From positions 1-64,000 of the IMG/VR virus record IMGVR_UViG_3300035670_000058: 64,000 nt of DNA. The stretch is one strand, 5' to 3'. Source of the DNA: a virus. The position numbers and the translations under genes were made by a program. The notes beneath the pieces were generated by a model. The model saw nothing but the letters and a program-made list of their open reading frames with translations, did no database searches and was not told the DNA's origin. Shown here in pieces: positions 47,518 to 56,468 of the stretch (position 1 is the first letter of the stretch; every line of letters begins with the position of its first letter).

Positions 47518-47648
47518 CAAGGCATGATCTGCAACACCCCCTTAACAGAGCCGCAACCTTCGGACAAAGCAGTGGGGGTATCGGGGGCGACAAAGCAGTG
47601 TCACATGGCCTATATCGAAAGGTATAGTCGCCCACTATCGGAGGATGG

Positions 47649-47843
47649 ATGGAAATTTGTGACGACTTTTGGGATGAGTTTTTACGATGGGCTTTGGCGT
47701 TCAATAAGGTAAAAAAGGACGCGGATATCTACGACGTTTTTGACTGGATTCGTTCTCGTCAGCCGGGTGCTTCTCCTTACTCTCCCACATTCCTTGAAAA
47801 AATTGACAAGGAGATTGAAAAGGAGTTGGGTCCGTGGACATAG
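47649..47843 (+). CDS. hypothetical protein
   Basis: RBS GGAGG. Confidence 0.6.
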   Translation: MEICDDFWDEFLRWALAFNKVKKDADIYDVFDWIRSRQPGASPYSPTFLEKIDKEIEKELGPWT

Positions 47844-48127
47844 AACAATTGATAGAAGAAATCCGTGGGTATCGGCAGCAGTTGAACGTTGAAAGAGAAG
47901 GCGAACATCTCTACAGCAACTATCAGGAAGTGATGGCTGTCATGTGGAGAGTGTCGGAAATACGTGAGGAGATTTCCTATCTGGAGTTACTAGGAACAGC
48001 AACACCACAGCAGCGTAAGTTTCGTACCGCTATCTTGGACCCCTTTATTGACAGGCTCCATGATATGGCAACGTTTGAGAGTAGAAAGATTACCGCAAAA
48101 GGTATTGAAGCAAAGGTGGACAGATGA
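47834..48127 (+). CDS. hypothetical helical protein
   Basis: RBS AAGGAG; overlap-coupled. Confidence 0.65.
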   Translation: MDIEQLIEEIRGYRQQLNVEREGEHLYSNYQEVMAVMWRVSEIREEISYLELLGTATPQQRKFRTAILDPFIDRLHDMATFESRKITAKGIEAKVDR

Positions 48128-48441
48128 CGGAGTATTACCAGCATCTCAATGATGCCCTCAAGCCTAACAATAGTGAGGGCATTCTTGAAGAGTGGGAAGT
48201 TGAAGCAATCATCATCTCGTTTGTTGGAAAGCGGGGGGAAGATGGAGCATCAGAGGAAGAAATCTTTCAGGTTATCAAGTGGTGCGAGGAGATGCGTATT
48301 GGTGCCGAGTTAGTCAACCTTGTTTGCAAAGGTATCGTTGATATCAATCTGAAGGATGGCGAACCAGTATTTAGTGCTACGCCTGAGGGGCTGGAAGCAC
48401 TCAAGCAGGAAGAGGAGAAGAACAATGGCGCATTTAACTGA
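48124..48441 (+). CDS. hypothetical protein (winged-helix-like)
   Basis: ATGA coupling; LV.KGIV...TPEG. Confidence 0.6.
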   Translation: MTEYYQHLNDALKPNNSEGILEEWEVEAIIISFVGKRGEDGASEEEIFQVIKWCEEMRIGAELVNLVCKGIVDINLKDGEPVFSATPEGLEALKQEEEKNNGAFN

Positions 48442-48658
48442 GATGTTTTATAGCGATGACGAGTTGGATACTACCATTATCTTTAATGGTGCCCTGACAA
48501 CGGCATTTGTTTCTAGCCGCGAGTTGGGTGTCTATGCAAAGGGTAATGCGAAGCATAATTCTGAGGATGCTTACAACCAGCAAGTTGGTATGGACCTTGC
48601 TGTTGCTCGCGCTCGATCTCGCCTCTATAGCAAGATTGCAAAGCGCTTGGCGCGATGA
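48425..48658 (+). CDS. small phage protein (H..D.Y...G..LA..RA motif)
   Basis: ATG 48425 after GAGGAG; recurrent phage motif. Confidence 0.6.
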   Translation: MAHLTEMFYSDDELDTTIIFNGALTTAFVSSRELGVYAKGNAKHNSEDAYNQQVGMDLAVARARSRLYSKIAKRLAR

Positions 48659-48807
48659 ATAGACCCACGTATAGGACTACGGATACATCCTTTGGATGCC
48701 TAGGATGCCTAGTTATCTGGGCTATCTATCTAGGTATTGCGGGTGTAACTATAGCGTTTTTTGTTTGGGTAATTGTTACGGTACTAAATTTTTTGAATGT
48801 ACTTTAA
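48655..48807 (+). CDS. 50-aa membrane protein (not in ORF track)
   Basis: ATGA overlap; GCLGCLVIWAIYLGIAGVTIAFFVWVIV. Confidence 0.55.
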   Translation: MNRPTYRTTDTSFGCLGCLVIWAIYLGIAGVTIAFFVWVIVTVLNFLNVL

Positions 48808-48820
48808 GGAGTGATTTAAT

Positions 48821-49006
48821 GTGCCTCTTAATCCCGCTAAATTAGGAGAGAAAACATATAGGCGTCAATTCAAACTTATGAACCGTGTCGGTCAATTAGG
48901 TCGGCAGGGAGTACACGGGCCGGTGGAGAAAAGTGAGAAGAGGATACTTAATGCACACCTTGCTAAGTCGAAGGCGACTACTAAGAAGCGCACTTCGAAG
49001 GGGTAG
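48821..49006 (+). CDS. small basic protein
   Basis: RBS AAGGAG. Confidence 0.55.
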   Translation: MPLNPAKLGEKTYRRQFKLMNRVGQLGRQGVHGPVEKSEKRILNAHLAKSKATTKKRTSKG

Positions 49007-49009
49007 ATA

Positions 49010-49195
49010 ATGAGGGTAAAGATTGCCAGTACATCTACTTACTATGAGGCAATGATTCTGCGCAACGAGTTGCAGGAGAAGTATCCAGAGAAGACTTTCC
49101 AGATTAGGAAGACTGACAAGGGCACACGTTTTGTTGTGACTGAGCGAGTATTCACCAAGACTGAAAAGGGTAAGAAGCATGGCAATTCTTTCTGA
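49010..49195 (+). CDS. hypothetical protein
   Basis: Operon packing. Confidence 0.55.
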   Translation: MRVKIASTSTYYEAMILRNELQEKYPEKTFQIRKTDKGTRFVVTERVFTKTEKGKKHGNSF

Positions 49196-49469
49196 GATTA
49201 CCTACAACCGCCTTGCACGCAGCAAGGATATTGCGTATCTTCTCCTGCTCAATGACTATAATGAGTCGGTCAAGACAGGCAAGTTGGTGACCTTGAAGCA
49301 TACCACTACTAAAATCAAGACACGTTGGGAGACTGAGGATTCGTCTAATACCTCCCCCTTCACGTATGCAGCACTCATCATTGGGACCAAGAGTGTTGTC
49401 ATCTCAAGCATCCGTCCCATTGAGCGGACTGAATACGGTTACATGGATTTAGAGTATGACAGCCTCTGA
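49179..49469 (+). CDS. hypothetical protein
   Basis: Operon packing. Confidence 0.55.
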   Translation: MAILSEITYNRLARSKDIAYLLLLNDYNESVKTGKLVTLKHTTTKIKTRWETEDSSNTSPFTYAALIIGTKSVVISSIRPIERTEYGYMDLEYDSL

Positions 49470-49644
49470 TAAAATCCCGCTTGAAGTTGAAACAGAGATG
49501 CAGATCATAGCCAACATGCTTGACTACAGTCAAGATTATAACTGGCTTGATCCTAAAGTATATGATATCGTCATCTCTGACGCATTAAAACTTATCAAAG
49601 CAGCAACATATGCTCGCTTGGAGGTAATGAAAAAGCAGACCTGA
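49456..49644 (+). CDS. hypothetical protein
   Basis: Operon packing. Confidence 0.55.
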   Translation: MTASDKIPLEVETEMQIIANMLDYSQDYNWLDPKVYDIVISDALKLIKAATYARLEVMKKQT

Positions 49645-49657
49645 AAGGTGTGATTAT

Positions 49658-50434
49658 TTGAGACACATATCCTACAGTTTCCTTCACTTACTGGCTTGCC
49701 CCTATGCAGCCTTCCTCAGATACGAGGGAGCCATACGGGCACCAGCAAATGAGTACCTAGCGCTTGGAAACGCTCTGCACCTTGCACTTGAGTTGTCCTA
49801 TAAGAAAACAGGACAGTTTGATGCGCAAGGTGCAGCATCTATTTTTACTACAGAGTTTCACCGTCAGATTGATGACGAGGAAATCTTTATTGGCTATCCT
49901 AAGAAGAAAAAGATGGAAGCAGAGGGCATCAACATGCTTGCCCTCTATGCACACGATGTTGAGTCAGGGAAAATCCCTGCCACTCCCTTGGACCATGAAG
50001 TAGAATTCAAGATACCGTTCAAGGATATCTATATCGTGGGCCGGATAGATAAGGTAGAGTTTGATCCTGCTATTGGCTACGATATTATCGACTATAAGAG
50101 TGGGAGTCAGGAGCCTGACCCTTGGTTCCTTCGCCACAATATCCAGTTAACTGTGTATGCGTGGGCATGCTTAGAGTTATACGGAGAGTTGCCCCATCGA
50201 GTTAAGTGGCATCATCTCCGCAATGGAAAGATTCTTGAAACAGAAAGGACAATGGAAGATATCGAGGATGTGAAGGTGATGATCTCCAACGCTATCTTGA
50301 TGGATAAGAAGGAGATCAGGCACAGAATCTTCCACGATCAGATTTGTAAATGGTGTGACTATCGTGGCCCCATCTGTGACGACAAAGGTTTGGAGGAAAG
50401 GATTCTCAGTGAACGAAAAGCAAAGCGTAATTGA
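49658..50434 (+). CDS. Cas4/RecB-like PD-(D/E)xK exonuclease with Fe-S cysteines
   Basis: SYS..ACP, GRIDKV, IIDYKSG, QL..Y, CKWCDY...C. Confidence 0.88.
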   Translation: MRHISYSFLHLLACPYAAFLRYEGAIRAPANEYLALGNALHLALELSYKKTGQFDAQGAASIFTTEFHRQIDDEEIFIGYPKKKKMEAEGINMLALYAHDVESGKIPATPLDHEVEFKIPFKDIYIVGRIDKVEFDPAIGYDIIDYKSGSQEPDPWFLRHNIQLTVYAWACLELYGELPHRVKWHHLRNGKILETERTMEDIEDVKVMISNAILMDKKEIRHRIFHDQICKWCDYRGPICDDKGLEERILSERKAKRN

Positions 50435-50906
50435 GGGGCTGATACCAATTAAGCATGTTGAACCATACTACAAATTAGCGCTTAAAGAAGCGCAGCAATC
50501 TCCATGTGTCCGACGCAAGTACGGTGTGGCGATTGCATTCGATAACCTTCAAACAGTAATCACCCACAATGCAAGAGTAACCCGTGCATGTAATTCAGCC
50601 TGTGTAAGAGAACGCTATGGCATAATACATGGATCACAAACTGAGTTAGGCGCAGAAGTACATGCTGAACAGGCTGCACTCATCGAGGCCAAGGGTAAGG
50701 GACTTGCCTTTGTATTGGCCGGGTGGAAGGGGGAAAAAGAGTTAAAGGGTGTCAATGTATACCCTTGTCTAGTCTGTGCACGAATGATTAAATATGCAGG
50801 ATATCTCTGGGTTTATATTAAGAACGAGACAGATCAAATTACTCCTGTGAGTATTTATGAAATCATTGAGTACCGTGAGCAAGAATTAGGGCCGGTGTAT
50901 GAATAA
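50409..50906 (+). CDS. dCMP deaminase-like protein
   Basis: SPCVRRKYG, VHAEQAA, PCLVCAR. Confidence 0.85.
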   Translation: MNEKQSVIEGLIPIKHVEPYYKLALKEAQQSPCVRRKYGVAIAFDNLQTVITHNARVTRACNSACVRERYGIIHGSQTELGAEVHAEQAALIEAKGKGLAFVLAGWKGEKELKGVNVYPCLVCARMIKYAGYLWVYIKNETDQITPVSIYEIIEYREQELGPVYE

Positions 50907-51126
50907 TTATTCAATCAGATTCATCGATGTTATCCCTGACTTTGCTACCCAACTGGGTATCAGTAATCTTGGGTACATGCATGTAGCAGTTAGACAGGCG
51001 GAGTATTATGGGTTCAATGAACTTGCAGAGTGGCTACAAACCGTCGAAGACAGGCTCAAGCGGGCAATCGAGGAAGAATGGAATGCGGAACCCTTCGATA
51101 ATGCTACCGACTCCAACACTTGGTAA
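50899..51126 (+). CDS. hypothetical protein
   Basis: Overlap-coupled. Confidence 0.55.
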   Translation: MNNYSIRFIDVIPDFATQLGISNLGYMHVAVRQAEYYGFNELAEWLQTVEDRLKRAIEEEWNAEPFDNATDSNTW

Positions 51127-51655
51127 CGTGCCTGTAGGATATCGACTGGCTTTCTACGGCCCGATGTCCTCAGGAAAGACTACCTGTGCTGACTATCTGG
51201 TTAAAAACTACGGTTATATTAGACTGTCCCTTGCTGACAAACTCAAGGCTATTGCTTACGAGTTGTATGGGGTGCAAGGAAAAGATGGTGATAACCGCAA
51301 GATTATCCAAGAGTTAGGGGACCGTCTACGCTCATTTGATGATGACGTATTCACTAAGTATCTCTTAGCCACAGTCAGAGAAAGGTATCCTTACAATAAG
51401 GTTGTTATCGATGATCTACGTCTGCCAAGAGAAGCACAACTACTTAAAAAGAACGGCTTTTATCTGGTACAAGTCCAATGCTCCGATGAGGTGCGCCTCG
51501 ACCGGATCAAGGCTCTCTACCCACGCCTCCCAGCAGCCCCACAGAGCCACGGTACGGAAGTCGCTTGGCTCCAGATACCTCCCCACACGGTAGTCAAATC
51601 GGAGGAACCCGCAGACTTATTTGCTCTTGATAGTTTAGTAGCGGGGCTAGACTAA
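51101..51655 (+). CDS. deoxynucleoside monophosphate kinase
   Basis: GPMSSGKTT, LADKLK, R..IQELG, VIDDLRLPRE; start uncertain. Confidence 0.85.
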   Translation: MLPTPTLGNVPVGYRLAFYGPMSSGKTTCADYLVKNYGYIRLSLADKLKAIAYELYGVQGKDGDNRKIIQELGDRLRSFDDDVFTKYLLATVRERYPYNKVVIDDLRLPREAQLLKKNGFYLVQVQCSDEVRLDRIKALYPRLPAAPQSHGTEVAWLQIPPHTVVKSEEPADLFALDSLVAGLD

Positions 51656-51657
51656 GT

Positions 51658-52170
51658 ATGCGAGTTGTTTTAGTAGGTACCAAACAGACCCCACGAACGG
51701 CGGTTGCGCGAGAGTTAGAACGAGCCTACAAATTCAAGGTTGTAGGAATGCTAGATGCGGTGGAGAGGATTTACCGCATCATCTATTTTAATAACAAGTG
51801 GAACCGTGTGCGATGGGAAAAGACTGTCAAGATTTATGATGCGCTCTACGAGGTTGATCCTGAGATATGGATTCAATACATGGAGCGCAGACTCAGCACA
51901 TCGACTCAGGATATTGTCATTCCCGATGTTAGATATGTTGCTGAGTTAGACAGGCTGCGCAATCTTGGTTTTACTGTTGTGCGTGTACGAGAAGAGGGGG
52001 GCACCTCTGTTCCACACCCCGGTAAATCATTGCTGGATGCGGGAGAGGGTACCGTTATTGTCCATGAATACTACGGGAAGTTGCCTGTAGACTTCGGAAT
52101 CTCGTTTGAAAATAGAAAAAACATGGTCGAAAACGTAAGTTATTTAGTTTCTAAGTTGAAGGAACGGTAG
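51658..52170 (+). CDS. dNMP-kinase-like protein with a degenerate P-loop
   Basis: DPEIW, IVIPDVRY..E, GFTVVRV retained; P-loop reads GTKQTPRT. Confidence 0.7.
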   Translation: MRVVLVGTKQTPRTAVARELERAYKFKVVGMLDAVERIYRIIYFNNKWNRVRWEKTVKIYDALYEVDPEIWIQYMERRLSTSTQDIVIPDVRYVAELDRLRNLGFTVVRVREEGGTSVPHPGKSLLDAGEGTVIVHEYYGKLPVDFGISFENRKNMVENVSYLVSKLKER

Positions 52171-52185
52171 TAAGTCTTGTATAAT
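52156..52185 (+). promoter_or_regulatory. promoter TTGAAG-N18-TATAAT
   Basis: Consensus -10 upstream of the regulator gene. Confidence 0.55.
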
Positions 52186-52217
52186 CACTCTAGCCCCTAA
52201 TTACATAGGAGACTAGA

Positions 52218-52688
52218 GTGAGAAAGAAATCAGCACACCTGACGAGACTTATGATCGAGGGTATCAGTAACTATTCTCCCTACAAGGGAGGGAGGCTCAA
52301 CTACATCAGAGAGTACGACCCTGATCCCAACATCAATGTTGATCTGACTACCAAGATCGATATAGACCGGGCAATTGATATCCTCTACAGGCGCAAGGAA
52401 TTATCTGATCAAGAGATACAGATGCTTCGCTACGTCATGGCTGATGGACGATTGTCGCGTCGTGACATATCAAAGATGATCCAAGAAGAGGAAGGCTACT
52501 ACGTAGACCAGCGAACCATATCAAGACGATTGGAGACTGCCTACTCAAAAATCTCCAAGTTTCTTGGCTTTGAATACAGCGACAGTCGTATCTTTAGAAT
52601 GGTGGCTAAACAGATGGGCCGTCCCTACCCATACATTCTATCTGATGATGAGATAGACAAGATACAAACGATAATGGAGAGGGTTTAG
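52218..52688 (+). CDS. sigma-70 region 4-like HTH transcription regulator
   Basis: IDIDRAI..LSDQE...LSRRDISK...QRTISRRLETAYSKI. Confidence 0.65.
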   Translation: MRKKSAHLTRLMIEGISNYSPYKGGRLNYIREYDPDPNINVDLTTKIDIDRAIDILYRRKELSDQEIQMLRYVMADGRLSRRDISKMIQEEEGYYVDQRTISRRLETAYSKISKFLGFEYSDSRIFRMVAKQMGRPYPYILSDDEIDKIQTIMERV

Positions 52689-52889
52689 ATGCCGAGAGGA
52701 AGACCTAGAAAGGTTCCCGTTGTTGAGGAGCCAGCACCAAGCACAGTGCAACAGATTATAGCAAAGGTGATATCAGAAGAGTGTGGTATCCCTGGCTGCA
52801 TGCCTAAGTTTCATCTTACAGAAGCAGCCAGAGTTATAACAACCTTAGAGCAAGCAGGATATACAATTGGAAAGACCGCTACTTCTTGA
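52689..52889 (+). CDS. small protein with N-terminal AT-hook
   Basis: MPRGRPRK. Confidence 0.6.
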   Translation: MPRGRPRKVPVVEEPAPSTVQQIIAKVISEECGIPGCMPKFHLTEAARVITTLEQAGYTIGKTATS

Positions 52890-53523
52890 TCTATTCTGTG
52901 GCGCAGGGGGCGCAGCAAGAGGTTATGAGCAAGCAGGATTTGAGATAGTAGGTATAGACCTATACCCACAAAAGCATTATCCGTATGAGTTTTATCAAAT
53001 GGATGCGCTAGATGCACCCAGTCTTTTTTCTGATTGGAACATTAAAGTTATACATGCTAGCCCCCCGTGCCAAAGATACAGTGATCTTGCCAAGCGAAAT
53101 AAAAACGCTGACCAATGGCCTGATCTAATCCCTCAGGTGAGGAAAGAGTTACAGGCTTCGGGATTACCATACGTCATTGAAAATGTGGAGGGCGCTCCGC
53201 TAATTGATCCTTTGCTGCTATGTGGAGTTAGTTTTAAAAAGCTACGAGTCATTAGGCATAGATTATTTGAGTCTAATATAAAATTACATGGACCAGAACA
53301 TCAAAAGCACCCACTGGTCTTTACTAAAGATAAGCGCAAGAATCACTATGGAAAATTAAATGAGTGGGATTCATATGTAATGGTAAATGGTGGTGGCAAC
53401 TGTTCCGTAGCAAATGCACGGGATGCGATGGGTATTAACTGGATGACAAAGAAGGAATTAAACGAAGCCATTCCTCCTCAGTATACCAAGTATATTGGTG
53501 AACAACTTATGAGAGCGCTATGA
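52867..53523 (+). CDS. C5-cytosine DNA methyltransferase (short type)
   Basis: LDLFCGAGG, HASPPCQ, IENV, RHRLFE, EAIPPQY. Confidence 0.9.
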   Translation: MERPLLLDLFCGAGGAARGYEQAGFEIVGIDLYPQKHYPYEFYQMDALDAPSLFSDWNIKVIHASPPCQRYSDLAKRNKNADQWPDLIPQVRKELQASGLPYVIENVEGAPLIDPLLLCGVSFKKLRVIRHRLFESNIKLHGPEHQKHPLVFTKDKRKNHYGKLNEWDSYVMVNGGGNCSVANARDAMGINWMTKKELNEAIPPQYTKYIGEQLMRAL

Positions 53524-54101
53524 ACGTATTAGTTGCTTGTGAATTCTCAGGTGTAGTACGGGATGCCTTTATTGCTAAAGGGCATTCTGCTATATCATGT
53601 GATCTACTTGATACGGAGAGTCCCGGTCCTCATTACGTAGGTAATATCATGGACATTATTGATGATGGTTGGGACCTAATGATCGCCCATCCTCCCTGCA
53701 CCTATCTCACCAATAGCGGCGCACGATGGCTCTACGGGGGCAAGGGGACAGTCAAAGACCCTGATCGCTGGGCAAAGATGGAGGAATCAGCACACTTCTT
53801 TCTTGATCTATTGAATGCACCTGTCCCTCGTATTGCTGTAGAAAATCCAGTCATGCATGGACATGCTACGAAGATCATTGGTAGAAAGGCTGATCAAATT
53901 ATCCAGCCTTGGCAGTTTGGACATGGTGAGATCAAAGGTACGGGTCTATGGTTGAAGAATCTACCCCCGCTTGTGCCTACAAATATTGTAGACGGTCGTT
54001 CCCCGCGTGTGCATTATGCATCTCCCGGTCCTAACAGATGGAAGGAACGCTCTCGTACATATACAGGTATTGCGGAGGCTATGGCAGAACAATGGGGTTA
54101 G
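53520..54101 (+). CDS. C5-cytosine methyltransferase-like protein (LVACEFSG family)
   Basis: VLVACEFSG, AHPPCTY, VENP, RSRTY.GIA.AMA.QWG. Confidence 0.8.
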   Translation: MNVLVACEFSGVVRDAFIAKGHSAISCDLLDTESPGPHYVGNIMDIIDDGWDLMIAHPPCTYLTNSGARWLYGGKGTVKDPDRWAKMEESAHFFLDLLNAPVPRIAVENPVMHGHATKIIGRKADQIIQPWQFGHGEIKGTGLWLKNLPPLVPTNIVDGRSPRVHYASPGPNRWKERSRTYTGIAEAMAEQWG

Positions 54102-54784
54102 TGCTACTTGATTTATTCTGTGGTGTTGGTGGTGCTGCAATGGGCTATCACCAAATGGGATTTGATATCATTGGAGTCGATATCAAACCTCAACCCAATT
54201 ATCCATTCAAATTCATACAGGCTGATGCATTAGAATTCCTACGGGAAATGAATTTCTATCCTGATGCTGTTCATGCATCGCCGCCCTGTCAAGGATACTC
54301 ATCCGCAATTAGAAGTGATGGTCGCTGGTCTAAGGGGGTACATAAAGGAAAAGATACGCCCAAGTTAATTCAGCCTGTTAGAGATATTCTAAGGGAGATG
54401 GAGTTAACATATGTCATTGAGAATGTCGAAGGAGCGAAGGATGATCTAGTGAAACCCCTACTACTATGTGGGGCGATGTTTGGTCTAGGCACACGTAGAC
54501 ATAGGTTGTTTGAAAGCAATGCTCCAATTAGAAGTATTGCACACGACCAACCTTGCTGGAAATTAACGCATCCAGTAGCAGAAGCATGGATTGCCGTTGA
54601 CCCAGAGAAGAGAGATCGTCGCATCTATAGGGTAGTAGGCAAGGGTAGGCAAACAGGGACGGTTGACGTATGGCGTGCGCTGATGGAGATTCCTTGGGCG
54701 CAAAGAGATTTAGAATTAGCAGAAGCAATTCCTCCTGCTTACACAAGATATATTGGTAGTGAATTATTAAGGATTGGTGTATAG
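54092..54784 (+). CDS. C5-cytosine DNA methyltransferase (short type)
   Basis: LDLFCGVGG, HASPPCQ, IENV, RHRLFE, EAIPPAY. Confidence 0.9.
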   Translation: MGLVLLDLFCGVGGAAMGYHQMGFDIIGVDIKPQPNYPFKFIQADALEFLREMNFYPDAVHASPPCQGYSSAIRSDGRWSKGVHKGKDTPKLIQPVRDILREMELTYVIENVEGAKDDLVKPLLLCGAMFGLGTRRHRLFESNAPIRSIAHDQPCWKLTHPVAEAWIAVDPEKRDRRIYRVVGKGRQTGTVDVWRALMEIPWAQRDLELAEAIPPAYTRYIGSELLRIGV

Positions 54785-54788
54785 TTAG

Positions 54789-55211
54789 ATGAATAAAGAG
54801 ACAGACCTAGCGTGGGCTGCTGGGTTTATAGATGGCGAGGGTTGTGTTAGTTTGATTAAACGACGCAATGGAGATGGCTATCTATATTATCAGGCTAATT
54901 TAAATGTCCCCCAGATAGATAAAGCCCCGCTCGATAAACTGAAGGAAATGTTTGGAGGAAATATACGGGCCAATAAAATTATTGGTAATCGTAGACCCTC
55001 ATTTACATGGACAATTCACGCGGCTTCTTGTAGAAAAGCACTACAAGAAATGCTGCCCTATTTAATAGTTAAAAAGAAGGAAGCGCTACTTTTGCTAAGT
55101 ATAGATTTTGATTATACAAGATTAACAGATGAGAAACTAATGCAGCGAGAAAATGTTTGGGCGGCTCTTAGAGATCATCACAAGAATTTTATATTTAAGG
55201 TTGGTGGTTAA
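54789..55211 (+). CDS. LAGLIDADG homing endonuclease (free-standing)
   Basis: LAWAAGFIDGEGC; PYLIVKK. Confidence 0.9.
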   Translation: MNKETDLAWAAGFIDGEGCVSLIKRRNGDGYLYYQANLNVPQIDKAPLDKLKEMFGGNIRANKIIGNRRPSFTWTIHAASCRKALQEMLPYLIVKKKEALLLLSIDFDYTRLTDEKLMQRENVWAALRDHHKNFIFKVGG

Positions 55212-55428
55212 GACGGCCAGATGTGTGGTCTGCGAAAGGCCGACTAGCGGAAGTTTAGAGTTTTGCAAGCATCATTTTGGTGAGTTTAAAGACGACATTC
55301 GGGACAAGAAACCTTGGGTTAGAAGTCTAAAGAATGAGGCTCAGCGCGAGCGTCGAAGAGCAAACCGGGAATTTGATAACACATCATTAGACGCTATCAT
55401 GGACAATGAGTATAGTCGCAGATATTAG
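55153..55428 (+). CDS. Zn-finger hypothetical protein (start probably 55201/55204)
   Basis: CVVC...FCKHH. Confidence 0.55.
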   Translation: MFGRLLEIITRILYLRLVVKTARCVVCERPTSGSLEFCKHHFGEFKDDIRDKKPWVRSLKNEAQRERRRANREFDNTSLDAIMDNEYSRRY

Positions 55429-55462
55429 GGGTGTTATGATTGAGAAGAGTTAAGCCTTTGTC

Positions 55463-55720
55463 TTGTTACTTATGGAAACTTCGGATCATAAAAGCAAACG
55501 TCGAGGGCAAACGAAAACACATTGTATAAGGGGGCACGATAGAAGTTTATCTAGGATTGGTGAAGACTGTCGTGTCTGTGATCGTGAAAGAAACAGACTC
55601 AGACCAAGAACCCCAGAAGCAAAATATCTTCGCTATAAACGTGATCTTGCAGCACAAATACAGAAGAAGCAAGAGCGCATTCATGAGTTAGAAAGGATTT
55701 TACATGCACAAGAAAACTGA
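55463..55720 (+). CDS. Zn-finger protein (KTHCxRGH..CRxC)
   Basis: Motif typical of the C-terminal domains of HNH endonucleases. Confidence 0.6.
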   Translation: MLLMETSDHKSKRRGQTKTHCIRGHDRSLSRIGEDCRVCDRERNRLRPRTPEAKYLRYKRDLAAQIQKKQERIHELERILHAQEN

Positions 55721-55910
55721 AGTCGAAATGGAGCGGGAGCGCATCACTAAGATCACTCGTACTCTAGTTAGACTTAAGCATTCTCTAAAGGCAGATGCAG
55801 AACTTAACCAGTTGCTTCCAGCAACACTTGATGAGTTTGACGAGTCTCTACAGAAGGGTGAACTGAGAACCCTAGAGTCTAGCCTTATTTCAGAGTTACT
55901 GGGGGACTAA
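55704..55910 (+). CDS. hypothetical protein
   Basis: Operon packing. Confidence 0.55.
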   Translation: MHKKTEVEMERERITKITRTLVRLKHSLKADAELNQLLPATLDEFDESLQKGELRTLESSLISELLGD

Positions 55911-56468
55911 ATGCTTGTAACTAAAAAGAAGTTACGGATACTCGATGTAGATATTGAGTCAAGACCTCTTTCATTTAGGGGCTTCCGTCCAACCGCAGAG
56001 ATAACTGCAATGGCATGGTGCTTTGCAGATGACCTGTCATCTATGGAAGTCTACCTGTTAGGTAGAGATAACCCAGAGGATATGCTCTGGGCATTTAGAA
56101 GTGCCTATAAGGAAGCAGATATACTGACGGGACATAACGTTAAATCATTTGATCTACCCAACATTAATGGGGCCATGCTGGAGTATGATATCCCCCAACT
56201 AGGTTCCAAGTTGGTGCAAGATACGTACACCGATCTACGGAAGCGTGGGGATATTCCAGCATCACAAGAGTATCTTGTTGATCTCTTTGGCATTGGTGCA
56301 AAGGTTCACATGAGTCAACACTCATGGCGTGACGCCAATAGGCTCACTCCAAGAGGCTTGGAGAGGACACGGGAACGTGTAACCGGCGACGTATACGATC
56401 ACATGCGCCTCAGAGTTGAGATGATTAAGCGAGGGCTTTTGCGCCCGCCTAAGATTTGGAAGCCTTAA
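55911..56468 (+). CDS. DnaQ/RNase_H_2-like 3'-5' exonuclease
   Basis: DVDIES, GHNVKSFD, DT, GDV. Confidence 0.85.
   Translation: MLVTKKKLRILDVDIESRPLSFRGFRPTAEITAMAWCFADDLSSMEVYLLGRDNPEDMLWAFRSAYKEADILTGHNVKSFDLPNINGAMLEYDIPQLGSKLVQDTYTDLRKRGDIPASQEYLVDLFGIGAKVHMSQHSWRDANRLTPRGLERTRERVTGDVYDHMRLRVEMIKRGLLRPPKIWKP

Noticed and set aside
49658-50434. Cas4 as part of a CRISPR-Cas system
   Set aside because: No cas1/cas2 or array is present; stand-alone Cas4-like exonucleases are common in phages.
54789-55211. LAGLIDADG as an intron- or intein-encoded ORF
   Set aside because: The flanking genes appear complete, with only a few nt of spacing and no room for an intron core.
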